Source: an uncultured Alphaproteobacteria bacterium
GTDB taxonomy: Bacteria; Pseudomonadota; Alphaproteobacteria; RF32; CAG-239
DNA length: 64,000 nt
NCBI GenBank assembly: GCA_944392235.1
Contig: CALXVZ010000003.1
Span: 46,788-110,787 of the forward strand
Reading direction: 5' to 3'
A program made the translations under genes and the position numbers. The first letter of the stretch is position 1. Each line of letters starts with the position of its first letter. Below the pieces are notes generated by a model, which ran no database searches, had not been told where the DNA came from, and was given only the letters and a program-made list of their open reading frames with translations. Positions 25,011 through 35,390 of this stretch are shown piece by piece.

Positions 25011-26363
25011 ATGGCTAATAAATTGTTTGGAACGGATGGTGTAAGGGGAACTGCTAATACCTATCCTATGGATATTAATTTTGCTACGAAATTAGCTTTA
25101 ATTCTTAGCGATTTAGTTTGCAGAGAAAAAAAGAAAATAGCTATCGGAAAAGATACTCGTCTTTCCGGTGATATGATTGAAGCGGCTCTCTCCGCTGGTT
25201 TTATGTCAAAAGGGGTTTCTGTTGTTTCTTTGGGTGTTGTTCCGACACCTCTCGTTACAAAATTAACCCCTTCTCTTGATGTTGATTTGTCTCTGATGAT
25301 TACAGCTTCTCATAATCCTTATCAAGATAACGGCATTAAATTAATTAATGCTCAGGGGGATAAATTTTCTGATGATTTTTACGCTCGTGTTGAAGAGCTT
25401 ATATCCTCTTTCGAATCCATTCAGAATTCTTCAAACTCACTTATTGGTAAAATTATAAAAAACAATTCAGCTGTTGAAGATTATATTTCTATTATGCGCA
25501 ATATTGCTCCTAATTTCAAGGCTCTGCAAGGTCTTAAAGTTGTTATTGATTGTGCTAACGGTGCTTTTTCTTATATTCTTCCTCAAACTTTTAAAGATCT
25601 GGGAGCTGGTGTTATTACTATCAATAATACTCCTGATGGGGTTAATATTAATAAAAATTGTGGCTCTCAACATCCTGAAGGTCTATCAAAAATTGTTGTT
25701 GATACTCATGCTCATTTTGGAATTGCAGTAGATGGGGATGGAGACAGAATTATTATTGTTGACGATAAAGGAACAATTGTTGATGGAGACCAGATTTTGT
25801 GCTTTTTGGCTCTATACATGAAAAAACATAACATCCTTTCCAATAATACTGTTATAAGCACTGAATGGTCTAACCTTGGTCTAGGGGAATATTTATTATC
25901 AAATGGCTTTAACTATTTTAAGAGTAAAGTTGGTGAAAGATACGTCATTGATTTAATGAAAGAAAACAATGCATCTCTTGGTGGAGAAGTTGTTGGACAT
26001 ATCGTTTTATCGAAATATGCACAAACAGGTGATGCGCTTGCAACTGCTATTGTTTTTTCTTTAGCTTATTTAGAAGAAAATAAGCCTCTTAGTGATATTT
26101 TCCCTATATTTACACCTTTTCCTTGTATTGTAGAAAATATACGCTTTTCTGATAGACAGTATATGATTGATAGTGTTGAACATGATGATGTTAAGCAAGC
26201 TCTTATCGACGCTAAAGAGTTACTAGGCTCTCCAAGCACTCTAATTGCTAGAAAATCTGGCACAGAACCAGTCATTAAACTTAGAGTTGAAGGACAAAAT
26301 GCAGATATTGTTCAAGATATTGCAGAAAAACTTAAAAAATTGATTTTACAATATCAAAAATAA
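25011..26363 (+). CDS. glmM: Phosphoglucosamine mutase
   Basis: FGTDGVRG, GKDTRLSG, TASHNP, DGDGDR, RKSGTEP. Confidence 0.93.
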   Translation: MANKLFGTDGVRGTANTYPMDINFATKLALILSDLVCREKKKIAIGKDTRLSGDMIEAALSAGFMSKGVSVVSLGVVPTPLVTKLTPSLDVDLSLMITASHNPYQDNGIKLINAQGDKFSDDFYARVEELISSFESIQNSSNSLIGKIIKNNSAVEDYISIMRNIAPNFKALQGLKVVIDCANGAFSYILPQTFKDLGAGVITINNTPDGVNINKNCGSQHPEGLSKIVVDTHAHFGIAVDGDGDRIIIVDDKGTIVDGDQILCFLALYMKKHNILSNNTVISTEWSNLGLGEYLLSNGFNYFKSKVGERYVIDLMKENNASLGGEVVGHIVLSKYAQTGDALATAIVFSLAYLEENKPLSDIFPIFTPFPCIVENIRFSDRQYMIDSVEHDDVKQALIDAKELLGSPSTLIARKSGTEPVIKLRVEGQNADIVQDIAEKLKKLILQYQK

Positions 26364-26385
26364 TTTCTTATCTCTATTTATTGTC

Positions 26386-26416
26386 TAAAGCGAACAATTA
26401 AAAGTTGTTCGCTTTA
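26386..26416. terminator. Hairpin between the convergent glmM and TPR genes
   Basis: TAAAGCGAACAA-7nt-TTGTTCGCTTTA. Confidence 0.5.
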
Positions 26417-28201
26417 TTCTGTTATATTATTCAAGCTATGTAGAGTTTCTCTTATTTGCTTGTCTTTTATCTTTAATTTTTTACTAGATCTTATACCGTT
26501 TTCAATTTTATTTTTAACTTGCTTTATATTCAACTCATCTTGATCTTCTTTTTGAGTCAAAGCCTGCTTCCATAAAAATACTGCTTCATTTTTCCTTCCG
26601 CCTTGCCAGTATGCGTCTCCTAAATGATCACTTATTGTCGCATTTTGAGGATTTAGCTCTGATGCTTTTTCTAAATAAATGATAGCATTTGCATAATCTC
26701 CTGTTTTATAATAAACCCAACCTAAGCTATCAATAATAACACCATCATTGGGTTCTTTTTCATAGGCTTCTAAAATCATAGCAGCAGCACCATCAATATT
26801 TATATTATATTTTAACCAACTATATCCTAGATAATTAAGAACTTGTGGATGACGATTACTTAACTTCAATGCCTTTTGCAAACTTTCCTCTGCTTTCAAC
26901 CATTCATTGTTTCTATCATATGATACAGCTAAAGCATAGTAGACTGGCCAATATTTTTCATTTTCGTAAAATATTGAATCAATTGCTTTATTATAATACT
27001 TAATCGCACTTGTTTGATTATTACTAATTCTATAAATATCTCCTAAATTGAATAATATTTGAAAATTATTAGGATTGTTGTGTAATAGTTTTTTCAAAAC
27101 CTTTGCTGCTTCTGTATATTTTTTTTCCTCTATAAGATTTGAGGCCTTTTTCATCTGTGCCGGATAATACATCTCTGAGTTTTCTTTTATCGAATCGTAA
27201 TATTGATTCGCTTCCTTGAGCATTAGCCTTTCTTCAAGAAGATCAGCCATCGCTATTTTCATAATATCATTTTCTGAATTAAAATATTCTGATATAGCCA
27301 TATATATTTGTGCGTAATCGTATCCTATCGGAACAGACTTAAATAATAGAGCTATTTCTAAAAATACCTCTCCAACACCTTTATTGGCTGTATCAATTAT
27401 TGGTTTTTCGGGTATTGCTTCTGTTGATACTTTCTTTTTAAGACTTTGCAACATTTCTCTTAAATTTGTTGTTCCATAGTACCTGGAAATTAATTTTTCT
27501 GCTTTTTCCTTTTGCCCGTTTTTTACATAGAAATTTGTTATTATTTGCAGCGCCCTAAATGACAAATCACTTGCTTTGTCATTTACTATATAATCATAGT
27601 TCTCTTCTGCTTCCTTATTCTTTCCAAAATACTCATTAATTAAACCTTTATGCAGGCTGTATACTGTTTGCATTTCTTCTTCTTTTGAAATTCTATTAAG
27701 CTCTTTTATTGCTTCTTTATAATTGTTCTCCCCAACATAGCTCCATGCATTAAATAATGGAGTTATTAATTTTTTATAAGTTTTTTCTTGAATTCCATCC
27801 ATTTCAGCACGAGCAAAACGATAGTTTCCTTGCTTAAATGCATATACCGCATTAATTATATCTATAAAATTGTTTTTATCTCCTTTTTGCCTAGCGATAT
27901 TTGCATATTTTTTAGCCTCTTCTATATTTCCTTGAGATGCTAAAATTATATATGTCTTTCCTAAAATATCTTGGTTTACAAGACCTTTATCCATTGATTT
28001 CATATAATAGTAGGCGGCAAGATTATAGTCTTGGCGTAAATGAGCAATTCTTCCTGCAAGATAGTTACCATATGCCGTTTCCTGTTTTTGCAAATATACA
28101 GTTTCTTGGTAGTATTCCGGTGATTTTATAAAATTACCTGTGCAAGAATTAAATATTCCTAAACCACTTAAAATGGTAATAATGTAGCTTGTTTTTATCA
28201 T
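26414..28201 (-). CDS. Tetratricopeptide-repeat (lipo)protein, conserved alphaproteobacterial type
   Basis: YGNYLAGR, multiple TPRs, VLNYLGYSW, IIDSLGWVYY, DHLGDAYW..GR..EA.F.W. Confidence 0.88.
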   Translation of the reverse strand: MIKTSYIITILSGLGIFNSCTGNFIKSPEYYQETVYLQKQETAYGNYLAGRIAHLRQDYNLAAYYYMKSMDKGLVNQDILGKTYIILASQGNIEEAKKYANIARQKGDKNNFIDIINAVYAFKQGNYRFARAEMDGIQEKTYKKLITPLFNAWSYVGENNYKEAIKELNRISKEEEMQTVYSLHKGLINEYFGKNKEAEENYDYIVNDKASDLSFRALQIITNFYVKNGQKEKAEKLISRYYGTTNLREMLQSLKKKVSTEAIPEKPIIDTANKGVGEVFLEIALLFKSVPIGYDYAQIYMAISEYFNSENDIMKIAMADLLEERLMLKEANQYYDSIKENSEMYYPAQMKKASNLIEEKKYTEAAKVLKKLLHNNPNNFQILFNLGDIYRISNNQTSAIKYYNKAIDSIFYENEKYWPVYYALAVSYDRNNEWLKAEESLQKALKLSNRHPQVLNYLGYSWLKYNINIDGAAAMILEAYEKEPNDGVIIDSLGWVYYKTGDYANAIIYLEKASELNPQNATISDHLGDAYWQGGRKNEAVFLWKQALTQKEDQDELNIKQVKNKIENGIRSSKKLKIKDKQIRETLHSLNNITE

Positions 28202-28331
28202 TTCTTTTAATTTTCCTGTTAATTGCTCTTTTATTTTATCATTTTACTCTTAACTTTAAACTAAATTTATTATATTTGTGTAAATAATTGCTTTATATTG
28301 CAATAAAAAGTATCTTATATATAATCTGGTT

Positions 28332-29162
28332 GTGATGGATAAACAAATTAATATAAAAGAAGCATTAGATTGGTATATTTGGGCGGGAGTTACTGAAACT
28401 TGCGCTGATGAAGTGTGTCTTAATTCTTCAAATTTAGATATACAGCCTAGTTCTAATAATATTTCATCTTTGCCTCCCAAAGAGATTTCTCATGCGTCAC
28501 CAAAAACTTCTTCTAATCGAACTGTAAATGTTACTCCTCATCCTGCTAATTTTGATGCTTTAGCAAAAAGTTCTCGCGATCTGTGTTCAAAAGCTGCCTC
28601 TTTGGATGAGTTGAGAAATTTGATTCAAAATTTTGATGGATGCAATTTAAAGAAAACAGCTGCTCATACTGTTTTGGGTGACGGAAATCCTAATGCTAGA
28701 ATTGTTTTAATTGGCGAAGCTCCTGGTGCAGATGAAGATAGAATCGGTGCTCCTTTTGTTGGAAAATGTGGCAAATTATTAGATAAAATGCTTTTATCTA
28801 TTCATATTAATAGAACTGATTGCTACATTACAAATGTTTTACCCTGGAGACCTCCTGGGAATAGAACCCCTACTGATGAAGAAATCGCTATTTGCTTACC
28901 ATTCTTAAAAAGACAAATAGAATTAATTCAACCGGATTTCTTAATCTTATTAGGTGGTATAACTTTGAAAAGCTTAATGGATGTTAATGATTCTATTTCT
29001 CGAACACGTGGGAAATGGTTAGAGTATTCTATTACTGATCAAAAGACAGCTCAAGTGCTCGCAACATATCATCCTTCTTTTCTTCTCCGTTCACCTTCGC
29101 AGAAATCCAAAGTTTGGAGCGATTTGCTGCGTATTCAAAAAAAAATTAAGGATATCAATTAA
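28332..29162 (+). CDS. Uracil-DNA glycosylase, family 4
   Basis: [41 protein letters not shown]. Confidence 0.92.
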   Translation: MMDKQINIKEALDWYIWAGVTETCADEVCLNSSNLDIQPSSNNISSLPPKEISHASPKTSSNRTVNVTPHPANFDALAKSSRDLCSKAASLDELRNLIQNFDGCNLKKTAAHTVLGDGNPNARIVLIGEAPGADEDRIGAPFVGKCGKLLDKMLLSIHINRTDCYITNVLPWRPPGNRTPTDEEIAICLPFLKRQIELIQPDFLILLGGITLKSLMDVNDSISRTRGKWLEYSITDQKTAQVLATYHPSFLLRSPSQKSKVWSDLLRIQKKIKDIN

Positions 29163-29261
29163 ATTCTCATTCAATTAAAAGTTTTTTTGTTTTAATTAAT
29201 AAAAATTAAATACTCTCTTGTTTATGATGAGCATAAAATATTTGTGTTATGAGGTTTTACG

Positions 29262-30020
29262 ATGAAAAAGTCTGTCAAAATATTAGCAGCTCTTGTTCTA
29301 GGTTTTATTTGTATTTCTCCTGACTTATCTTTAGCTGCTAAAGAAGCTCCTAAAAAGGCAGCCAATAAAGCGGCTGAGCCTACTACTCGTTCTGATGCTG
29401 TGATTTTTAAAATTCACGATGTTGATCCTGTCTTAGAAGATGGGGTTGTTAAAGGATGTAACTATATGATTACTCTTTACAATAGAACCTCTATTAATTT
29501 TAGAACTTTTACAATTAATTTATCTTGGCCAGATCCTGTTGATGAGCGTTTTAAGTTCGATAGATATGTCGAATCTATTTTAGGTGTTGAAGAAGCAGAA
29601 AAACAAAGATCTTTCTTTAGCAAAGATGAACCATCAAAACCTACACAAACTTCTGTTACTGTCAATGCTTTTGGTGCTGATAAGCAAATTTCTCTTCGTT
29701 CTTATATGGATAATGAAAAATGTTACTTAATGCTTACTGATGCACAATATACTGTTACACCTTGTGATATCGCTCGCACTATGGATACTGTTGGTAGTTT
29801 TGGCATTAGCTCTGAGCAAAGCGCTTGTACCGAATTATTCCAATTCGTAAGTCCTAAAAATCCTGAATATTTTGGCGAGTTTAAACGACTTTCCGCAACA
29901 GAAGAAGCGGCTGAAAGTGAAGCTGCTGAAAGTCGCGAACTCTCTGATATTGATGTAATCATTAATAAAATTGTTGAGAATATGGGGTCTTCTGACAAGG
30001 CTTTGACCAACATCTATTAA
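29262..30020 (+). CDS. Exported protein with a 4-Cys beta-rich domain
   Basis: Signal peptide; Cys pattern shared with the downstream paralog. Confidence 0.75.
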   Translation: MKKSVKILAALVLGFICISPDLSLAAKEAPKKAANKAAEPTTRSDAVIFKIHDVDPVLEDGVVKGCNYMITLYNRTSINFRTFTINLSWPDPVDERFKFDRYVESILGVEEAEKQRSFFSKDEPSKPTQTSVTVNAFGADKQISLRSYMDNEKCYLMLTDAQYTVTPCDIARTMDTVGSFGISSEQSACTELFQFVSPKNPEYFGEFKRLSATEEAAESEAAESRELSDIDVIINKIVENMGSSDKALTNIY

Positions 30021-30041
30021 TTTTTGCAAAGAGAGGAAGTC

Positions 30042-30710
30042 ATGAAAAAGTTTTGTGTAAGCATTATTTTGTGGAGTTTTCTTTTCTTCTGCAATATTAA
30101 TGCTTTTGCACAAATTCTTGATGACTCGGTTGAATCTATTCCATCACTTGGAGAAACTTCGCAGAATCCATCTATTGATGTTGATGAAAGTGAAGCAATG
30201 TTTAATGATCTTTTTAGCGATCATGATATTTATGAAAGAGAACCTGATAAAATTAAGACTTTTGATGATGCGGTTCAAAGTACAGCAGATTCTCTAAAAA
30301 AGTCGAGTGAAATAACGAATCCTACTCCAGTAAGACCTAATATGGAACCAATTAGCGGAGATTTATTTATTGGTGTTTCAAAAGGAAGTTTTAAGATTTT
30401 TCAGGATGCTATGGGGCAAACAAAATGTTCGTTTGGAGTTACTTTACGCTCTGAACTAAATAAGGATTTGAAAACTCTTGGGTTGAGATTAATTTATCCA
30501 CGTCGAGCTTTCGCCTTTGTTTTTAAGAAAGTTCCGTCTAATGGATCAATAGAACATTTTATTACAACCGCGGGTAATATCTGTTATACCTTATCCGGAG
30601 TTCCTGATATTGAAGTAAATCTTTGTCGTATCCCTAATACATTAAACTCTGAGTGTGCTAAACGTATCAAATGGGATGCCAATATTGAATCCCCAAAAGC
30701 AAAAAAATAA
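30042..30710 (+). CDS. Exported protein with a 4-Cys beta-rich domain (likely start ATG 30042)
   Basis: GAGGA SD, signal peptide ending NAFA, Cys pattern shared with the upstream gene. Confidence 0.75.
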   Translation: MKKFCVSIILWSFLFFCNINAFAQILDDSVESIPSLGETSQNPSIDVDESEAMFNDLFSDHDIYEREPDKIKTFDDAVQSTADSLKKSSEITNPTPVRPNMEPISGDLFIGVSKGSFKIFQDAMGQTKCSFGVTLRSELNKDLKTLGLRLIYPRRAFAFVFKKVPSNGSIEHFITTAGNICYTLSGVPDIEVNLCRIPNTLNSECAKRIKWDANIESPKAKK

Positions 30711-30740
30711 ATTCCTTAATATTTAGCTGATTTTATTTGT

Positions 30741-30764
30741 AGGAGCGCTTTTCGCTCCTTTTTT
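30741..30764 (+). terminator. Intrinsic terminator
   Basis: AGGAGCG-CTTTT-CGCTCCT followed by a T-tract. Confidence 0.8.
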
Positions 30765-30776
30765 GTTCTAAAACTC

Positions 30777-30805
30777 TTGAAAAAAGCAGCAAAATATGGT
30801 ATAAT
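30777..30805 (+). promoter_or_regulatory. Near-consensus sigma70 promoter with extended -10
   Basis: TTGAAA, 17-nt spacer, TATAAT preceded by TGG. Confidence 0.6.
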
Positions 30806-30838
30806 TTTGTCTAGAAACATATAATTTTTATATTTTTT

Positions 30839-31162
30839 ATGAAGGAATCTATCTTTTCGTTCATTTGGGCAGGTATTTGCGCCCTTTTGAGCGTTTGGCT
30901 CATACTATATGTTGACGCCAAATTAAATTTTTCTTCTGACTACTTCTTCCCAGAAATTGTGGATACCATCCATGGTTTTGGGTTGTCTGTCAGAAAAGTG
31001 CTGTTTTTTGCCTTATATCTTTTGTATTGGCTTACGGATATAAGCAAGAAATTCGGTAATTGGCTTTTAGCTATTATCGGATTAATAGCACTTGTTGTCA
31101 TTATATGTATTTTGCTTGTCTTCGGTTACTATATTGTTACCAAGCTTGCAGGATATGTCTAA
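30839..31162 (+). CDS. Small membrane protein (about 3 TM)
   Basis: Hydrophobic 107-aa ORF flanked by its own promoter and terminator. Confidence 0.6.
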   Translation: MKESIFSFIWAGICALLSVWLILYVDAKLNFSSDYFFPEIVDTIHGFGLSVRKVLFFALYLLYWLTDISKKFGNWLLAIIGLIALVVIICILLVFGYYIVTKLAGYV

Positions 31163-31165
31163 ATG

Positions 31166-31210
31166 AAAGAGTTGTTTTTTTGGGTTAATCCTTAAAAACA
31201 ACTCTTTTTT
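31166..31210 (+). terminator. Intrinsic terminator
   Basis: AAAGAGTTGTTTTT...AAAAACAACTCTTT followed by Ts. Confidence 0.7.
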
Positions 31211-31290
31211 GTTTGATTAGTTAAATTTTTACAATTATATGTTAATGCTAATTTGAATAATTGAAAACTGTTACAATAACGAGGATTAAA

Positions 31291-32025
31291 ATGGATACAC
31301 AAGTTGCTACCGAGGTTGTTAATCAACTCTCTATGTGGGATATGGTTTGGTCTTCCGACTTAATTACCAAGGCGGTTATGATTGGATTGATTGCTGCTTC
31401 GGTTTGGTCGTGGGCTATTATTTTTGAAAAAATCAATACCTTGCGTCAAGTTAAACGCTTGTCTAAACTCTTTGAAGAACGCTTTTGGTCCGGCGGATCT
31501 TTAGATAAACTTTATGACTCTATAGGAAATCCTCAGGATCCGATGTCTGCTATGTTTGTCGCTGCTATGAAAGAATGGCGTAGAACAAATATTATGAAGT
31601 CTAAAACTGATAGAGGTTTACGTGGCGTTTCTCTTCAACAACGAATCGAAAAGGCTATGATGGTTTCTATGGATAAAGAATTAGATGAATTAGATAACCA
31701 TATGGGATTTTTGGCTTCTACTGGTTCTGTTGCTCCTTTGGTTGGATTGTTCGGAACCGTTTGGGGTATTATTTCTTGCTTTAACGCAATTGCTGTTACT
31801 CAGAGTAACTCGCTTACCTCTATTGCTCCGGGTATCGCAGAAGCATTGTTTACCACCGCTTTTGGTTTGATTGCAGCTATTCCTGCTTATATTGCGTATA
31901 ATATGATTACGTCTGATATTGATAGATATGCTAAGAAACTTGAAAATTTTATGGCGGAATTTTCTAGTATCTTATCTCGTGAAATTGATGATACAACTAT
32001 TAAAGCTGAAATGGCCGGAGAATAA
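31291..32025 (+). CDS. tolQ: Tol-Pal system protein TolQ (likely start ATG 31291)
   Basis: SVWSWAIIFEK, FEERFWSG, LASTGSVAPLVGLFGTVWGI, APGIAEAL..TA.GL.AAIPA. Confidence 0.92.
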   Translation: MDTQVATEVVNQLSMWDMVWSSDLITKAVMIGLIAASVWSWAIIFEKINTLRQVKRLSKLFEERFWSGGSLDKLYDSIGNPQDPMSAMFVAAMKEWRRTNIMKSKTDRGLRGVSLQQRIEKAMMVSMDKELDELDNHMGFLASTGSVAPLVGLFGTVWGIISCFNAIAVTQSNSLTSIAPGIAEALFTTAFGLIAAIPAYIAYNMITSDIDRYAKKLENFMAEFSSILSREIDDTTIKAEMAGE

Positions 32026-32028
32026 AAC

Positions 32029-32457
32029 ATGGCAATTATTAACGGAAGAATCCAAAGACGTGTCAGTCGTCGTAATGCTGATATTAATATGACTAACCTT
32101 ATGGACGTTATGATGGTTCTTTTAGTCGTATTTATGGTGGCTGCTCCTTTGATGACATCCGGTATCCCTCTTGATTTACCTAAAGTCGGGGGTGGGACAT
32201 TAAATGGAAAAGATACTTCTATCAATATTAGTGTTGATAAAGATGGTTTCTATTACATCGGACAAAGTCAAATTGAACCAGATACTATTATTGATAAAAT
32301 CATGGCTATTAAAGGCGAAAATAAAGATGTTACTATCACAATTTCCGGAGATGCTGCTTCTTCTTATGGTAGTGTTATCGGATTGATGGCTATGCTAAAA
32401 GATGCCGGATTTAGTAAAGTTGGCTTAAAAACAGAAGCTCGTCGTGATAAAAAATAG
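32029..32457 (+). CDS. tolR: TolR/ExbD
   Basis: INMTNLMDVMMVLLVVFMVAAP, GD....YG.V..LM..L..AG. Confidence 0.9.
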   Translation: MAIINGRIQRRVSRRNADINMTNLMDVMMVLLVVFMVAAPLMTSGIPLDLPKVGGGTLNGKDTSINISVDKDGFYYIGQSQIEPDTIIDKIMAIKGENKDVTITISGDAASSYGSVIGLMAMLKDAGFSKVGLKTEARRDKK

Positions 32458-32471
32458 AAAGCTGATTCAGA

Positions 32472-33494
32472 ATGAAGAAAAGTTACGTTTATAAATCGGT
32501 CGCTTTGCACATTGCTGTTGTTCTGCTTTGTGTTTTTGATGTGCCTTTTTTAATGAAAGAACGGACTTTTGATGATCAGCCTCCTATTATGGTTGATTTG
32601 GAAAATATTAAAATTTCTGATACAACTAATATCCCTGAAAAAGCTGTTAAAGGTAAAGAGCGTAAACCTGCTACTCGTAAAGAAAAAACTATTGAAGAAA
32701 ATTTTACTCAAAAAACAACAGCTCCGAAACCTGAACCTAAACCGGCTGAACCTAAGCCTGAACCAGAAATTAAAGCTCCGGAGATAAAATCTCCATCTTT
32801 GATTGAAGAGACTCCTAAAGAAGAAATAACTAAAGAAGAACCAAAGAAGGAATCTAAAGAACCTCTTAAAGAGAAAAAGAAACCTGCTCCTATTCCCCAG
32901 AAAAAGCCACAGGTAAAACCTAAACCAAAACCAGCTCAACCGAAAAAGTCTAATAATGCGGCTAATAATGTTCCGGCCTCTTCTGCAAAATCTAAAAAAC
33001 CTGCTGTTCGTAGTGCAAATCCGTTGCAAAGCCTTATGAACTCTGTTGATGACTTACAGAAACAAATTGGTGAAGAAGATGCTCCAGCACAAGTTCCTGA
33101 GGATGAGCCTGTTAATAATCTTGGTATTGAAGGTGGAAATAGCAAAGGTTCTTATTTCAGTGAGCTATCTGTTTCCGGTATCGATTTTGTAAAATCTAAA
33201 ATTCAAGAATCCTGGAAAACTATTGCAGGTGGTAAAGATGATCGAAACATTGAGGTTATCATTAATGTTAAATTGACTAAGGAAGGTCTTATCCAATCTG
33301 TTGATATAGAAGATATGTCTAGATATCGTTCTGATACCTATTTCCAAGCTTTGGCTGATAGTGCCGAACGTGCTATTTACATTGCTCAAGATGTTCATGG
33401 TGTCTTTAAGGTTTTATCTGCTCAAAATGGCTCGACCTATAATGATTGGAAAGAAATACGCTTTACTTTCACACCTCTTGGTTTGACAAAGTAA
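32472..33494 (+). CDS. tolA: TolA/TonB-like protein
   Basis: TM helix with SVALH motif, Pro/Lys/Glu-rich linker, C-terminal A.SA.RAI domain. Confidence 0.82.
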   Translation: MKKSYVYKSVALHIAVVLLCVFDVPFLMKERTFDDQPPIMVDLENIKISDTTNIPEKAVKGKERKPATRKEKTIEENFTQKTTAPKPEPKPAEPKPEPEIKAPEIKSPSLIEETPKEEITKEEPKKESKEPLKEKKKPAPIPQKKPQVKPKPKPAQPKKSNNAANNVPASSAKSKKPAVRSANPLQSLMNSVDDLQKQIGEEDAPAQVPEDEPVNNLGIEGGNSKGSYFSELSVSGIDFVKSKIQESWKTIAGGKDDRNIEVIINVKLTKEGLIQSVDIEDMSRYRSDTYFQALADSAERAIYIAQDVHGVFKVLSAQNGSTYNDWKEIRFTFTPLGLTK

Positions 33495-33506
33495 TTATTT
33501 GGAATC

Positions 33507-34118
33507 CTATATATTTAAGCGATAACCGTTATTTTCAGTCAAAATTAACTGACTACCTCCTTCTTGCTCAACCTTTTGGCGGAGGCGGTATATATGTGTT
33601 TCTATAGTATGCGTTGTAACATCTGCACAATATTCCCATACATTTTCAAGTAAATCTTCCTTACTGGCACTTTCAGGAGACATTTGATACAAATATTTTA
33701 GTATTATTACTTCTTTTTCTGTTAGCTTTATTGTTTTTCCAGTGGTTTGGACCTCTATTTCCTTTTTAGCTGGATATAAATTATATTCTTTGAAACTTAT
33801 ACATTCTTTTCTACGGACTTTAGGCAATAATGTTCCTTCTTTAAAATCTAGCAAAAACTTATTTAGCTTAAAAGGCTTTTTTATAACAATATCAGCCTGT
33901 TCTAAAACTTCTCGTTGTGATGACAATAAAATTATCGGAATTTCTTTATTTTGTTCCTTTATTTTTTTTACTTCTTCAATATCCTCATCTATTATCACTA
34001 GTTCCATCTCTTTAAGTGTATCTTGATTAATGTCTATTTCTGGAGCTAATAATTTTATCTGTCCTTCTAAATCTTCTAAAAAAGCTGTGTCTTTTGAGTA
34101 GATTTGTATTTTTCTCAT
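33507..34118 (-). CDS. OmpR-family regulator, CenR-like, with a shortened atypical receiver domain
   Basis: LTEKEVIILKYLY..LLENVWEY...VTTHTIETHIYRLRQKVE winged helix. Confidence 0.8.
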   Translation of the reverse strand: MRKIQIYSKDTAFLEDLEGQIKLLAPEIDINQDTLKEMELVIIDEDIEEVKKIKEQNKEIPIILLSSQREVLEQADIVIKKPFKLNKFLLDFKEGTLLPKVRRKECISFKEYNLYPAKKEIEVQTTGKTIKLTEKEVIILKYLYQMSPESASKEDLLENVWEYCADVTTHTIETHIYRLRQKVEQEGGSQLILTENNGYRLNI

Positions 34119-35218
34119 ATTGCTAACTCCAAACCGAAAATAAAGGCATATCCTTTATTGTTATTTTTTATATTATCATTATTTCCTTCAGATTTTAAAT
34201 GTGCTGCAGTCAATGATAGAGTTACATATTTATTATATTGGTAACTATTTGAAAAACTAATTATTTCATCTTTGTTATCCGTTTTTTTAGCTTCTGATAC
34301 GAAATATGATATTCCTGTTGTAAATGGACCAATTTCATAACTTAAGCCAATATTATATGCATCTCCCTCACGATAAGAATCATATAAATTTTCTTTGTCC
34401 AAACCATATCTTTTTGTGTCTGCTTCTGTTTTACGATATGAACCTCCTAGTGTCCAGCCTTTGCGGTAAATACTCATTCCGGCTGAGTACTCCGTATCAT
34501 TATTCTTGAAATCAGCATACCCAAGCGATGTTTCTAATTCATAGCCTAATATATCCCATAATCCATATGCTCCCAAAATATAGGCTTCATCATCTTTATA
34601 TAGAGCATCTTTTGCAACTAGTCCTGTCTGGCTATAAGTCTTAGGAACATATGTCGCCCCGAGCTTTATTCCCAAATAGGAAGGCGTTACGTAGCTTATT
34701 TTAGGAGATACACCATCGGTATTGATATATGTTGAATTTAATGTTTTATATCTTGCATCGTGCCCTTTTTTATACCAGTTCGGATTATTTATAAAATTGA
34801 CCAAATCTGTATTGTTTGTTCGATAAAACCCTATATTTGGTGCACCTACAGCAAACTCATAGGCTACGTTATTTTTTTGACCTATGGATATCTCTCCATA
34901 TGGGGTTTCTGTTAGTAAATATAATTCTTCTCCCCATATGCCTTGATTATAATTTTCTACCTCTTTGGCTGTATCGGCCATTAAATATCCAATTAATGAT
35001 ATTGCATATTCATCATTAAATTCATAAGTCCCTCTTCCGTAAAAATTAAATGAGGAATTTATGTTATTTTGCTTGTATAATTTGCTATAAGGCTTCGCGT
35101 AATCCGTGTATCCGTAGAAATTATTTAATGAAACAGAATAATCTGTTTCAAAACCTTCTGCTCTTGCCATCATTGGGCTTAAAAATATACTTAATAAAAA
35201 TAATTGGGAAATTTTCAT
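34115..35218 (-). CDS. Gram-negative porin
   Basis: Signal peptide, YGEISIG, KISYVTPSYLGIKLGATYVP, alternating beta strands. Confidence 0.82.
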   Translation of the reverse strand: MKISQLFLLSIFLSPMMARAEGFETDYSVSLNNFYGYTDYAKPYSKLYKQNNINSSFNFYGRGTYEFNDEYAISLIGYLMADTAKEVENYNQGIWGEELYLLTETPYGEISIGQKNNVAYEFAVGAPNIGFYRTNNTDLVNFINNPNWYKKGHDARYKTLNSTYINTDGVSPKISYVTPSYLGIKLGATYVPKTYSQTGLVAKDALYKDDEAYILGAYGLWDILGYELETSLGYADFKNNDTEYSAGMSIYRKGWTLGGSYRKTEADTKRYGLDKENLYDSYREGDAYNIGLSYEIGPFTTGISYFVSEAKKTDNKDEIISFSNSYQYNKYVTLSLTAAHLKSEGNNDNIKNNNKGYAFIFGLELAI

Positions 35219-35390
35219 CTGTTTTTCCTAGAAAAATTTTCTCTTTTGCTTAAATATAAAACTATCTTTTTGTCTTAACAAGACTAATGTTGTTTATAAC
35301 CTAAAAAATTCTGGATAAATATAATGCTTTTTGCTTTAACTTGACTTATATATCTAATAGAATGAAAAAAATATTATGGAGTAAAAAATA

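Noticed and set aside
32720-32945. PEPK/PKP repeats
   Set aside because: Typical TolA/TonB linker
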